Shown here: positions 1 through 11,570 of the stretch, piece after piece
How the letters are laid out: the number at the start of each line of letters is the position of its first letter
Numbering within the stretch: the stretch's first letter is position 1
Source: Octopus sinensis
Taxonomy: Eukaryota
DNA length: 64,000 nucleotides
Direction of reading: 5' to 3'
Assembly: GCF_006345805.1 (NCBI RefSeq)
Contig: NC_043010.1
Location: forward strand, 28,210,001 to 28,274,000
The notes under the pieces: generated by a model
Seen by the model: only the letters and a program-made list of their open reading frames with translations
What the model was told of the DNA's origin: nothing
Databases searched by the model: none
Made by a program: the position numbers and the translations under genes

Positions 1-103
1 TCCATGGCACCTTGGGCAAGTGTCTTCTACCATGGCCTTGGGCTGACCAAAGCCTTGTGAGTGGATTTGGTAGACGGAAACTGAAAGATGTCCAAATACA
101 TAC

Positions 104-176
<73 letters not shown>

Positions 177-480
177 GTATGTATGTGTGGCACCTTGGGC
201 AAGTGTCTTCTACTATAGCCTCAGGCCAACCAAAGCCTTGAGAGTGGATTTGGTAGATGGAAACCGCTTGACAACTGATGCTGGTGTATTTACATCCCTG
301 TAACTTAGTGGTTCGGCAAAAGAGACCAATAGAATAAGTACTAGGCTTACAAAGAATAAGTCCTGGGGTAGATTTGCTTGATAAGCCTAGTACTTATTCT
401 GTCAGTCTCTTTTGCCAAACTGCTAGATTAAAGAGGCATCGGTTGTCAAGTGATGGTTGGGGAACAAACACAGACAGAAA
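1..480. mobile_element. SINE family A (tRNA head + CORE-like body + internal microsatellite) fragments, with a plus-strand tail followed by an inverted tail
   Basis: GCACCTTGGGCAAGTGTCTTCTAC...GGATTTGGTAG body occurs twice (7-90, 190-260) around (TA)n. The tail ...GAATAAGTACTAGGCTTAC is followed by its reverse complement TAAGCCTAGTACTTATTC. Same family as 3645-4055 and 17570-17975. Confidence 0.8.
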
Positions 481-527
481 GACACACACATAAATATATA
501 CATATTTATATACATACACACACACAC

Positions 528-564
<37 letters not shown>

Positions 565-570
<6 letters not shown>

Positions 571-900
571 CTGGACCAGCGTCGCCTTACTGGCACACGT
601 AAAACATTCGAGTGAGGTCATTGCCAGTGCTGCTGGACTGGCTCCTGTGCAGGTGGCACATAAAAAACACCATTTTGAGCATGGCCGTTGCCAGTATCGC
701 CTGACTGGCCCTCATACCAGTGACACGTAAAAGCACCCACTACACTCTCGGAGTGATTGGCATTAGGAAGGGCATCCAGCTGTAGAAATTCTTCCAGATC
801 AGATTGGAGCCTGGTGCAGCCATCTGGTTCACCAGTCCTCAGTCAAATCGTCCAACCCATGCCAGCATGGAAAGCAGACATTGAACGATGATGATGATAT
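565..900 (+). mobile_element. SINE family C with RTE-like 3' tail
   Basis: GGCATTAGGAAGGGCATCCAGCTGTAGAA...CCAACCCATGCCAGCATGGAAAGCAGACATTGAACGATGATGATG end; homologous to 2455-2730 (-) and 5295-5530 (+). Confidence 0.7.
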
Positions 901-1093
901 AACTATATATTGAGTCATCCTATAAATAATGTGTTTTTTTTCAATTGCATGAACTAAAAGTTGGAGGGGGACAGGATAAACTACCTGCATCAACTTACTA
1001 TAAAAGCAGGTAGTAATTTTACCTTGTACTTATTTTTAGTGCAAGTTTTGAAGAGTGCAGTTCAATTTTAACAGTTATTTTTTCAAAGATATA

Positions 1094-2134
1094 ATGGAAG
1101 TGACAAAGGAGAATATTCAGCATATTTAGCTTTATGAGTTCAATAAAGGCAACAACACAACAGAAAGTGCGAGGAATATTAAATGCAATATATGGGGATC
1201 GGATAATAAGTGTAAGTCAGTGTCAATGGTGATTCCAGAAATTCTGAGCCGGAAACTACAGCTTAGAAAATGAGCCTTGACCTGAAAAATCTACAGAACT
1301 TGACGAGGACATCCTGCAAACCCTGGTGGAACAAAATCCGATCGTAACTGTTGAGGAACTAGCAGAGAAGCTTGGATTTGGTCATTCAACCATTCATCAA
1401 CACTTGCATGCCATCAGAAATGTCAGAAAATTGGGTCAATGGCTTCCTCACAAACTCTCCAAGTCCAGTTGCATGCAGAGAGTGAATGTGTGGTCTTCTT
1501 TGCTGTCACGACTCACGAATGAACCTTTTTTGGACCGAATAGTCACTGGTGACGAGAAATAAATTCTCTATAAAAATGTCAAGTGCCGAAGACAGTGGGC
1601 AGGGAAAGGAAGAAACACCGGAACCTCAGGCTAAAGAAGGTCTTTATCCACATAAGGTATTGTTACCTGTTTGGTGGGATATGAAAGGTTTAGTCCACTG
1701 AACTTTTAAACCCAAACCAAATGATGAAAAAGGAGATCTACTGTGAGCAGCTTGAGCGGCTTAAGTCAGCGCTAGAAGAACAACGACCATCTTTGGTTTC
1801 AAGACAAAAGGTTTTCTTCTATTAGGATAATGTTCGGCCACATACACCAAGAATGATACTCCAAAGGCTGGAGCAGTTTGAATAGGAAACGATGCCCCAC
1901 CCACCATATTTGCCAGACATTGCCCCATCTGATTATCATTTGTTCTACAGTCTTCAAAATCATTTGGATGGAAAAAATATGAATTCTATAGACAAAGTCA
2001 GAACAGTACTTTTGAGATTATTGTATGAAAGTTGGCAAGAAATTCCTCAAGAGAATATTTGTCATCTGATTGGGAGCATGCCTAATAGGGTCCTTGCATT
2101 GCAAAATGTAAAGGGCATGACTACTAAACATTAG
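1094..2134 (+). pseudogene. Degenerate mariner (DD34D) transposase
   Basis: MEVTKENIQH N-terminus, WLPHKL (WVPHEL motif), FLDRIVTGDEK, DNVRPH and HPPYLPDIAPSDYHLF (YSPDL motif); several stops and frameshifts. Putative left TIR near 910-937; no right TIR seen. Confidence 0.9.
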
Positions 2135-2454
2135 ATACTCACATTATGATAATTAATAAATAATTTGAATGTACAACTTCAGAATGAAATAAATTTTAAT
2201 GATTGTAAGGGTGTCTATTTACTACTGTCATGTCTGTGTATGTATAACAACAACAGCAATAACCACAGCTTCTTCTCAATACTAGCACAATTGATGAACT
2301 ATTAACCTCCACAATCAACAGTCCTTCTCAGTTCAGCTTTCTTTGGAATACCACGAGTGACCCATCATCATCATTGTCATTATGTTTTACTGCTACAACC
2401 CTTACCACAACTAAACAATAGCAACAACAACAAGATCATGCTTCAAGTCATCAT

Positions 2455-2730
2455 CATCATAATCATCATCGTTTAACGTCCACTTTCCATGCTAGCATGG
2501 GTTGGACAATTTGACTGAGGGCTGGCAAAACAGATGGCTGCACAAGGCTCCAATCTGATCTGGCAGAGTTTCTACAGCTGGATGCCCTTCCCAACGCCAA
2601 CCACTCCAAGAGTGTAGTGGGTGCTTTTATGTGCCACCGGCATGAGGGCTAGGCCCAGGTGGTACAGGCAACGGCCATACTCAAATGGTGTTTTTACATG
2701 CCACCTGCACAGGAGCCAGTCCAGCGGCAC
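2455..2730 (-). mobile_element. SINE family C with RTE-like 3' tail
   Basis: Reverse complement of the 565-900 family: CATCATCGTTTAACGTCCACTTTCCATGCTAGCATGGGTTGG...GGATGCCCTTCCCAACGCCAACC. Confidence 0.7.
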
Positions 2731-2732
2731 CA

Positions 2733-2944
2733 TACATATATATATATATATACATATATGTATATATATATATATTATATATATATATATGTATATATAT
2801 ATACATATACAAATATGTATATACATATATGTATATACATATATGTATATATATTTATATATATATATATATTATATATATATATATTATATATATATAT
2901 ACATATATGTATATACATATATGTATATATATAAATATATATAT

Positions 2945-2977
<33 letters not shown>

Positions 2978-3001
2978 CATATATACACACACACACACAT
3001 T

Positions 3002-3038
<37 letters not shown>

Positions 3039-3075
3039 ATACATATATTTATATATACACATACTCACATACAAG
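2733..3075. repeat. (AT)n/(AC)n compound microsatellite
   Basis: Visible directly; source of the IY/HT-rich pseudo-ORFs. Confidence 0.95.
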
Positions 3076-3644
3076 CACATTATGTAAGTAGGGTTAAAAT
3101 CCAAGCTGTGTCCTCTTGTTACAAATTTGCAAATTCCAGTATTCCAATTCTGTATGTAGTTGTTACGTTTATGTGTTGTTACATATTAGAGTTGAAAATT
3201 CTGGAAGAAGGAAGTAGGAAGAAGTTTTTTGGTGTAATTTATTCGCCGTTACACGTTTCATTTGCTACAAAGAATTTTTCTTTACACACACACACAAATA
3301 TGAATGTATGTGTTTGCATGAGTGAGTTCCTCTTTCCATTTGTCATTATGTCTACTCACTGCCGGTTGTGAACAATGGCCTCGTCATTCACCGTCAAAGT
3401 ATGTCTGTGTTTGTACACAGCATTGACACGTTGCGCGTGATTCTTTGTAAACAAAAATCTCGCTTAAACAGTGTCATCCATTCTCCACTTCTTCACACAA
3501 CCATATCCACGTCGTCTGTTATCCAACAGACCGTGACCCCTACTTTGAAACGAGTGTGGCTGGGGTGGGGACATAGGGAAGTATATTTATTCAGCTGTGG
3601 AAAACGCTGACCTAATTTAGTCTCATGTGATCCCAAGCAAGCAT

Positions 3645-4055
3645 AGGAATTCTTTTATTTCTTTCAGTCATTTGACTGCGGCCATGCTGGAGCACCGCCT
3701 TTAGTCAAACAAATCAACGCCAGTAATTATTCTTTGTAAGCCTAGTACTCATTCTATCGGTCCCTTTTGCCAAACCACTAACTTACGGGGACGTAAACAT
3801 ACCAGTATCGGTTGTCAAACATATACATGCACACACACACACACACACACACATACGACAAGCTTCGTTCAGTTTCTGTCTACCAAATCCACTCACAAGG
3901 CTTTGGTCGACCCGAAGCTATAGTAGAAGACACTTGCCCAAGGTGACACACATTGGTTCTGAACCCAGAACCATGTGGTTGGTAAGCAAGCAACCATGTG
4001 GTTGGTAAGCAAGCAACCATGTGGTTGGTAAGCAAGTACCACACAGCCACTTCTG
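3645..4055 (-). mobile_element. SINE family A, near full length
   Basis: Tail, (CA)n, body and tRNA-like head in order; contains a 23-bp unit AACCATGTGGTTGGTAAGCAAGC three times at ~3969-4037. Confidence 0.85.
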
Positions 4056-4159
4056 CACCTAATGCAAACTTTATATCAAAGATGGTGATGACGATGATGA
4101 TGATGATGATGCGGGAAGTCTTGTAACATATGAGTTGTTAGTCTTCATGTAATATTGAT

Positions 4160-4935
4160 TTCAAATTTTAGCACAAGGCCAGCAATTTTAAGGGAGGGGA
4201 AGTCAATTACATCAACCCCACTGTTCAATTGTTACTTATTTTATTGAGTCCTTGAGGATGAAAGGCAAAATCACCTTCAACAGAATTTGAACTCAGGACA
4301 CAAACTTTTCTACTCTAGGCACAAGGCCCAAAATTTTTGGGGAGGGGGCCAGTCAATTAGATCGACCCCACTACACAACTGGTACCTAATTTATCGACCC
4401 CTAAAGGATGAATGGCAAAGTCGACCTCAGCGGAATTTGAACTCAGAACGTAAAGACAAGCAAAATACCGCTAAGCATTTCGCCCCATGTGCAAATGATT
4501 CTGCCAAGACGTGCAAAATGCCATGAAGCATTTTGCCTGGCATGCTATCGAGTCTGCTAGCTCACCACTTTAGTCATCATGTAATTTTATATTTAAATTG
4601 ACTTAATAACAATAACAGAAATGGTTCCTGTCGAAGCAGTGTATTCAACATTAAGGAGTAGTCGGGACCTTGAACTGAAAGAGAAGGGGTCCGAATTATC
4701 AACATAACTGCCTAATGTGAAGAATACAAAATTAGAATATTGGTTTCAAATTTTGGCACAAGAGCAGCAATTTTGGGAGAGGTGGTCAGTCAATTACATT
4801 GATTCCAGTTTTCAACTGGTACTTACTTAACTGATCCTAAGGGGATGAAAAGCAAGTCAACCCTGATGGAATTTGAACTCAGAATGTAAAGACAGATGAA
4901 ATGCCACTAGGCTTTTTGCCAGGTGTGCTAATGAT
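4160..4935 (-). mobile_element. Cluster of three SINE family B copies (tRNA head + Meta-like central domain)
   Basis: Three repeats of TTTCAAATTTTGGCACAAGGCCAGCAATTT...ATCGACCCC...GGATGAAAGGCAAAGTCGACCTC...GGAATTTGAACTCAGAAC (B-box on minus strand). The Meta-domain assignment is from recall. Confidence 0.8.
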
Positions 4936-5294
4936 TCTGCCAGCAGCTTACTGCTTTAGCCTTTATGGTTTCTGCTGAAGCAGTATATTCAACGTGAGGG
5001 TGTAGTCAGGATTTTCATCTGAGAGAGAGAGAGAGAGAGAGAGGAAGAAGGGCTGAATTAATAACATAGCTGCCTAATGTGAAGAATACAAAATTAAAAT
5101 AAATATTGGAAAATATTTACATTGGTATGAAACTGTGGGAAGATGCGGCTTTTTGAACCTGTTGAACCCACCACTGCTGCCATGACTGCTGCTGCCGCCG
5201 CCGCCGCTGCTACCACCAGCACCACTACAGAGGCAAAGACTGAGACCTTTGGCATTATGTCATGATGCTTGAGTTGAAGACCCATCAAGCCAAG

Positions 5295-5530
5295 TAAAAT
5301 CACAGTTGTGGCAGATTCCGGTGTCACGCAAATAGCAACCGTGCCAATGGCATGGAAAAGCACCCATTACACTCTTGGAGTGGTTGGTATTAGGAAGAGC
5401 ATCCAACTGCAGAAACCATGCCAAATCAGACTGGAGTCTGGTGTGGTCTTCCAGCTTGCCAGCCCTGGTCAAATTGTCCAACCCATAGATAACAGATGCT
5501 AAATGATGATAATCATGATGATGATGATGA
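5295..5530 (+). mobile_element. SINE family C fragment
   Basis: AAAAGCACCCATTACACTCTTGGAGTGGTTGGTATTAGGAAGAGCATCC...GATGATGATG tail. Confidence 0.65.
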
Positions 5531-5843
5531 AAGACAAAGTTGAATCAGTGGGATTTGAACTCAGAATGTAAAGAACTGGAATGTATTGTTCCAACAGCTA
5601 ATAACTGATGTGAGTGGTTTATTCCATGCTTTGGCAACTCTGAGCATGGAGAAACTTTTTCCAAATGTCATGAGTGCTACACTGTCTTTGGATTTTATAA
5701 ACATGTCCACATGTGGACACAAGAATTACACAAGAAATTCCTGAATTCCTTGGGAAGTAGCAAATTCGAAGCCAGTTAGGGACAGCATTATTCTTTTGTC
5801 TCCCTTTTATCTACTTCATGCATCCTCTTAAAGGATACAAATA

Positions 5844-6047
5844 CAAGGGAGTGCTGAAAAGTTCCTGGCTTTAAAGGTGTCAGGAAAAGCCTGGCTGGAG
5901 GCCCAACCTTCCGAGTTGTTTTACAGGGTTTAGAAAAACTGAAGGACCGCTGCAATAAGAGAGGGGAATATGTTGAATTCAATCATAATTAACAGATCCT
6001 CCTGTATTTTCTTTTACTCAAATCCAGGAACTTTTCAGCACCCCTCA
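5844..6047. mobile_element. Tc1/mariner-type MITE, family M1, copy 1
   Basis: TIRs CAAGGGAGTGCTGAAAAGTTCCTGG / CCAGGAACTTTTCAGCACCCCTC, preceded by TA; internal sequence shared with 6344-6562 and 57344-57540. Confidence 0.8.
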
Positions 6048-6189
6048 CACACACACATATTTATATACACATACATATACACATACAGGTGGTGCTATTA
6101 AGTTGGACATGGCCTGGGCCAATAATGGCCGAAACCTATCAAAGTATCAAAGTATCATACATACAAACAAAAATACTCTGTTGTTGATG

Positions 6190-6240
6190 TTGAAGTTCTA
6201 ATGAAGGAACCTTGGATCTAGGTTAGAAACCGATTCTTTC
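6190..6240 (+). ncRNA. Degenerate hammerhead-like motif (Penelope terminal-repeat relic)
   Basis: CTAATGA-A-GGAACC-TTGGATCTA-GGTTA-GAAAC; core and stem II are imperfect. Confidence 0.3.
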
Positions 6241-6343
6241 TCTATTGGCAAGAAATCTTGAAATAAACTGAATAATGACATGCATACATACTTACATATA
6301 TACATACATATATATATATACATACATACATAAAGTACACACA

Positions 6344-6562
6344 CAAGTGGGGACTGAAAAGTTGGTGGCTTTAAGGGTATCATGAAAGGCTTGGTTGGAG
6401 GCCCAACATTCTGATTTCTTTTTATAGGGTTTAGAAAAACTGAAGGACCGCTGCAATAAGTGTGTGGATCTGAGAGGGGAATATGCTGAATAAAAACCAT
6501 AAGTAACTGATCCTCTTGTGTTTTCTTTTACCCAAAACTAGGAGCTTTTCAGCACCTCTTCA
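6344..6562. mobile_element. MITE family M1, copy 2
   Basis: GGGGACTGAAAAGTT...CTTTTCAGCACCTCTTCA followed by TA; shares internal GAAAAACTGAAGGACCGCTGCAATAAG with copy 1. Confidence 0.75.
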
Positions 6563-7074
6563 TACAGAGGCATTAGACAAGGCACAGCCCTCTTCAGTAG
6601 GAACCGAAGAAGAAGCAGAAGAGAAAGCATGCAGTTTTTTGGCACTTAAACACAGACTGCACCAGTGATACTTGCTTTAGACAAGAACAAAAGAACGAGA
6701 ATCAAAAACAGTTGCTGCTGGTGCTGCTACTACTACTACTACTACTACAACACTCACCACAACATATGTCCTCCATTACTACGCCACCATTGCCGCCGCC
6801 ACTGACTACTACTACTACTACTACTACTACTATCATCATTAATATTTCTGTTAACAAAGCTTCGAAGTGGTTGTTAGAAATAGCAGCTAAACTTCCTATC
6901 AGATAATACTGTATCACATTAAAAAAATGAAATGATGTATTGCATATTGTAGGCCCAGGTATACTATGTCTGGGGAGGAAAAAAATTGGTGTGTATGGAG
7001 GGGGGCGGATATAATTGGTTATTATAGATCTGCTTGGTCAGAGATGACCTGTGGTTAAACAACAACCACTCGTG

Positions 7075-7310
7075 TCACTGACCAGACACCACCACTGCCA
7101 CCACCACGAAGACCTCGACCACAACCACCGCCGCGCCCACAACCACCTTCACCATCATCAACATCACCACCATCACCGCGGCCACCACTAGTATGACCAC
7201 CACCACCGCCGCCACCACCAGCACCAGCACCTCGACCACCTCCACCACCTCGACGACGATGACCATCTCCACCACCACCGTCTGCACGATCAACACCACC
7301 ACCACTACAA
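7075..7310. repeat. (ACC)n/CAC-rich low-complexity tract
   Basis: Degenerate trinucleotide repeat. Confidence 0.85.
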
Positions 7311-8535
7311 CTTGTAATCTCTGATATCTACATTAAAATGTTACCAGAGAACATCCGTGTAAAGTGGTCGGTCGGTCATTCAACTAGTTAAAAATAGATG
7401 TCATATCTTCCTTAAATCACACCCTGTAATCTTGAGAGAAAGAAAGGAAGAACAAAGTGGAAAAATTGGTGTCGCCTGTTATACAAAAAATGTGAAGATG
7501 GTCACGTTTGGAATGCCCTTAATCATTAATATACAATGACAACAGTAAGAAGAACAATAACGTACAAGGTGGACAGATAAATGAAGGAAGCTTTTCCCGT
7601 TAATTAAAGCAGGGTGGTTGTTCAGGAAAGAAGGAGAAGGGAGGGTGGACGGGTGGCAACCCAAACCGTAAACATTAGAAAGATGTAAATAAATAATGTA
7701 GGGGTGGGGTTGAGTTGAGAGGAAGCATACAAGAGAGAGAGGGGGGAGAGAAAGAGAAAGAGGGACAGAAAGAGAGGGGGAGAGAAAGGGAGAGAGGTAC
7801 AGAAAAAGAGAGGGGGTGAGAGGGGATGGTGACGAAGACAAACGAGGCAGGTGCTTCATGTCCGAAACAAACACTTCATAGGGGCTATGAGAGGGAAGGT
7901 TGAGGGGCTCGAGATACGGAATAAAGCGTATAAAGAGGCATTCCAAGAAAATAGAGTCGGAAATTATCTAGTCGATTAAAGGATCATCATCATCATTATT
8001 ATTATTATTATTATTGCAGAATAGTTATCTATTGTAGGTGAAAAATATACACGCCAAAAAGAAAGTACGACTTTTAGAGGCGCTATTGTACAGGGTAGCC
8101 CTTATACTAATACAAACACACACACATCTATATAGGTAAAACAGTTGGTGACAGCTTGTTATATAACTCCGACATGAACATTAGAAATAAACGAGGTTTC
8201 TGTTTTTTTACGAATGTTATGTACGACTTGTTTTCGTTGTTGAAGTCGAGTTATTTTTATTTGTTTATCTATAAGAAAAAGATATTTTTTGATCGAAGTG
8301 TTGATTGCGATAAAGATTTATTATTAGCTGATTTGGGATTATATATATGCACGGTGATTGACTTAATTTTAGTGTTAATTAATAACATAATATTCATCTT
8401 AACAACTAGAATCAAATCATGATTATACACGCACGCACACACATACATATAAAATATACATGGATACATGCATATATATGCATGTATTTATGTGTGTGCA
8501 TTAATGTATATATATATGTATGTATACACACATAC

Positions 8536-8589
<54 letters not shown>

Positions 8590-9144
8590 ATAAATATATA
8601 TATATACACACACAAACACATTTATATACATATATACATCCATGCATGCATACATACGTAGACAAATATTTATAGAGGATAACAATACTTAGTATTACAA
8701 TAAGGAATGAATTTTAATAAAAACTATGGACTGGTTGAAAATATGGACAAATAATTATTCCTTAAAACATCGTTTATGTGTTAATATATGAAACAAGTGG
8801 TATAAATATAAACATGGCTTAGTTGTTTAACCCTCGGTCAGTCCTGATAGAAGAAAGAGATTAACGATGAAACACACTTCAACTATGACCATCCTGTCTT
8901 GTTTTCACTGACAGTGTACCTACGACTACATAATCTAATGTATTTCCCCCCTCTTTTCCGGACAACAGGGTGGAATTAGAGGGAGATCTGGCTTCTATTT
9001 CAAGCATTTTGTACAATTATACGAAGATTCTCGCGTTGTCGCGTTATTAAAAATTGGTTAGTAAACAGGTGTGGTTTAATATATTAGATAAATAATGTAA
9101 ACAAGGTGAGAGGTTTGTCACAACTGCGCATCGTAAATATAGGT

Positions 9145-9665
9145 AATGCTCGCCGTTTAAAGCCCAGAACAGAGAATTGGGGTTAGGGTTATGGTATAGG
9201 GCCATATCTAACGCCTGCCTTTGAAAACACAGAACAGACGATTGGGGTCAGGCTTAGAGTTAGAAAATACATTAGGAGCACCGTTCAAGACTCAGGTTAG
9301 GATCAGAATTAGAGTTAAGGGTTTGGGATAGGAACAGAATTAATGTTTAGATCTAGAAAATATGTAATGTGCGCCTTTGAAAACTCAGAACATAAAGTTG
9401 CTTTATGGTTAAGGGTTAGAGTTAGGTTTTAAGGTTTAATGTTTAGTTGAAGGACAATATCAAACATTGCCGTAGTTGACAGGTTGCCGTTCCAAAATAG
9501 CTAACGGGCATCTTCAATATCTGACACGTACCATTGAAAACTAGAGCAGGCGGTTGGGTGAGAGGATTAAGGGCTGGGACTTAAAGTTAAGGTTACGTTT
9601 TAAGGTTAATAATGTTTTAAGTAAGGGACAGGACAATATGAAATATTACCGTAATCTGACAGATC
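9145..9665 (+). repeat. Degenerate tandem array rich in TTAGGG-like hexamers
   Basis: Recurring GCCTTTGAAAAC(A/T)CAGAACA followed by GGGGTTAGGGTTA/TTAGAGTTAGG runs, with irregular period. Confidence 0.6.
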
Positions 9666-10194
9666 GTCACTTTTCTTCCTAATCGGTCAGTCTTGAAAAT
9701 TTGTTCTATCGTTCGGGAAACACCAGTCAAGGTATTTTAGTTTTTTTTTATAAAACAGATTCAATGAAGGGTGGAAAAGGTATTCACCCGGGGAAGCACG
9801 GAGTTCTTCATCGTCTTGTTTGGAGCCACAAAGAATGCGAGGAATCCAGAAGTGCAGATTAGCAGCAACAACACACTACAAAAATATTTACAGTTCTGGT
9901 TGTTGTTGTTGTTGTTGCTGCTGCTGCTCTTGTTCTCGTTATTGTTGTTGTTGTTTTTACTGCCTTGCGGTACAGGGTCAGCAGATCAATTCCATACGAA
10001 ATGTAGAACATAATTTTTGAAAAAGTAGCTGATCGTGTTAGAAAACAGCCAAAAATTAGAAAGCGCAGCTAGTAAATTTATATATATGCACATATACTTA
10101 CATGTATGTATGTATGTATGTATGTATGTATGTATGTATGTATGTATGTATGTATGTATGTATATACACACACACACACACACGCACACAAATC

Positions 10195-10348
10195 TTTTAT
10201 CCTTTACTTGTTTCAGTCATTAGACTATGGTCATGCAGGGGCACCGCCTTGAAGAATTTAAGTCGAGCGAATTGCATCCACCCCCGTACTAATTTATTAA
10301 GTTGAGTGTACGTAAACACACCAACACCGGTGGACACACACACACGCG

Positions 10349-10379
<31 letters not shown>

Positions 10380-10480
10380 ACACACATACGACGGCACTCA
10401 CAAGGCTATAGTGCAAGACTCTTATACAAGGTGTTACACAGTGAGGCTGAATCTGGAACCCTGTTAAAAAACCAAACTTC
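10195..10480 (-). mobile_element. SINE family A, internally deleted
   Basis: TTTACTTGTTTCAGTCATTAGACTATGGTCATGC tail, (CA)n, CACTCACAAGGCTATAG body. Confidence 0.7.
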
Positions 10481-10565
10481 TGACCATATACCCATGTCTG
10501 CGCCTACATATATATACATAGGTGTGTGCGTATGTGTATAAACATACGCGCGCGCGCATAATAGA

Positions 10566-10613
<48 letters not shown>

Positions 10614-10787
10614 ATATATACAAGAAATTATGTTGTATGGTGTTTGACATACCTATATTTATCTATGTTGTTCTTATATACATGTGACTAATAACTCTTG
10701 AATTGTTTCTCCTTGTTCATTTTTCGTTAAATTACACACACACACACACACACATACAGAGAGAGGGAGAGAGAAAGAGAGAGAGAC

Positions 10788-10814
10788 GGATAGATAGATA
10801 GACAGACAGATAGG

Positions 10815-10907
<93 letters not shown>

Positions 10908-10917
10908 GGATAGATAC

Positions 10918-10971
<54 letters not shown>

Positions 10972-10979
10972 GGACAGAC

Positions 10980-11058
<79 letters not shown>

Positions 11059-11066
11059 CAGATAGA
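10788..11066. repeat. (GATA)n/(GACA)n microsatellite with no Tx1 insertion
   Basis: Visible directly. Confidence 0.95.
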
Positions 11067-11319
11067 TACACTTAATAATAAATATGTTTTACTTCTTTTC
11101 CTGTTAACTAGTTTCAATCATTGGACTGTGGTCATGCTGGGGCATCGCACCGAAGGGTTTACTATGCAATCACCCATCTAAGTGCTAACTAGGCTCGAAG
11201 TTGTTTAACCTCGTTGGTTGGTCGAGAACCCGTGCTTTCAACATGAGAGGATCGGTATGTATGTATGTATGTATGTATGTACGTACGTACACACACTCAC
11301 AGATCCATATATACATACT

Positions 11320-11570
11320 GTACGCCATTGCATTGTACCAAAGGTACCGTCCATCTCATCTGAAGTCAGCATCAGGTATTGCAATAGCTTAGGGTTCAAA
11401 GACCCACAGTTCTTCAATGCTCTGCCAAAATATTTTAAGAAAGCTACACAACGTGGACGTGGATGTGGATGTCTTCAAACAGGAACTGGACATTCTCCTA
11501 TCCACGGAACCGGATTAACCAACGACCAGGTATGAGGGCAGCAATGCTAAACTCCCTTGTACACGAAATG
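11320..11570 (+). mobile_element. CR1/L2-group LINE 3' end fragment
   Basis: Translates to RYCNSLGFKDPQFFNALPKY...VDVFKQELDILLSTEPD...RAAMLNSL, the typical C-terminus of CR1-group ORF2 (FNALP, FK..LD, NSL). Confidence 0.65.

Noticed and set aside
2572-3371. Many 60-300 aa ORFs rich in IY/HT/VC/YLSI/MYVC across the window (e.g. 2685-3371, 10674-11117, 24741-25661, 55049-55399)
   Set aside because: They are translations of (AT)n, (CA)n, (GATA)n and (CATA)n microsatellites, which lack stop codons in some frames.
3965-4040. 23-bp direct repeat x3 as a possible CRISPR-like array
   Set aside because: No spacers; a slippage duplication inside a SINE head in a eukaryotic genome.
7075-7305. Val-rich minus-strand ORF
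   Set aside because: Low-complexity (GGT)n; no start context or domain.
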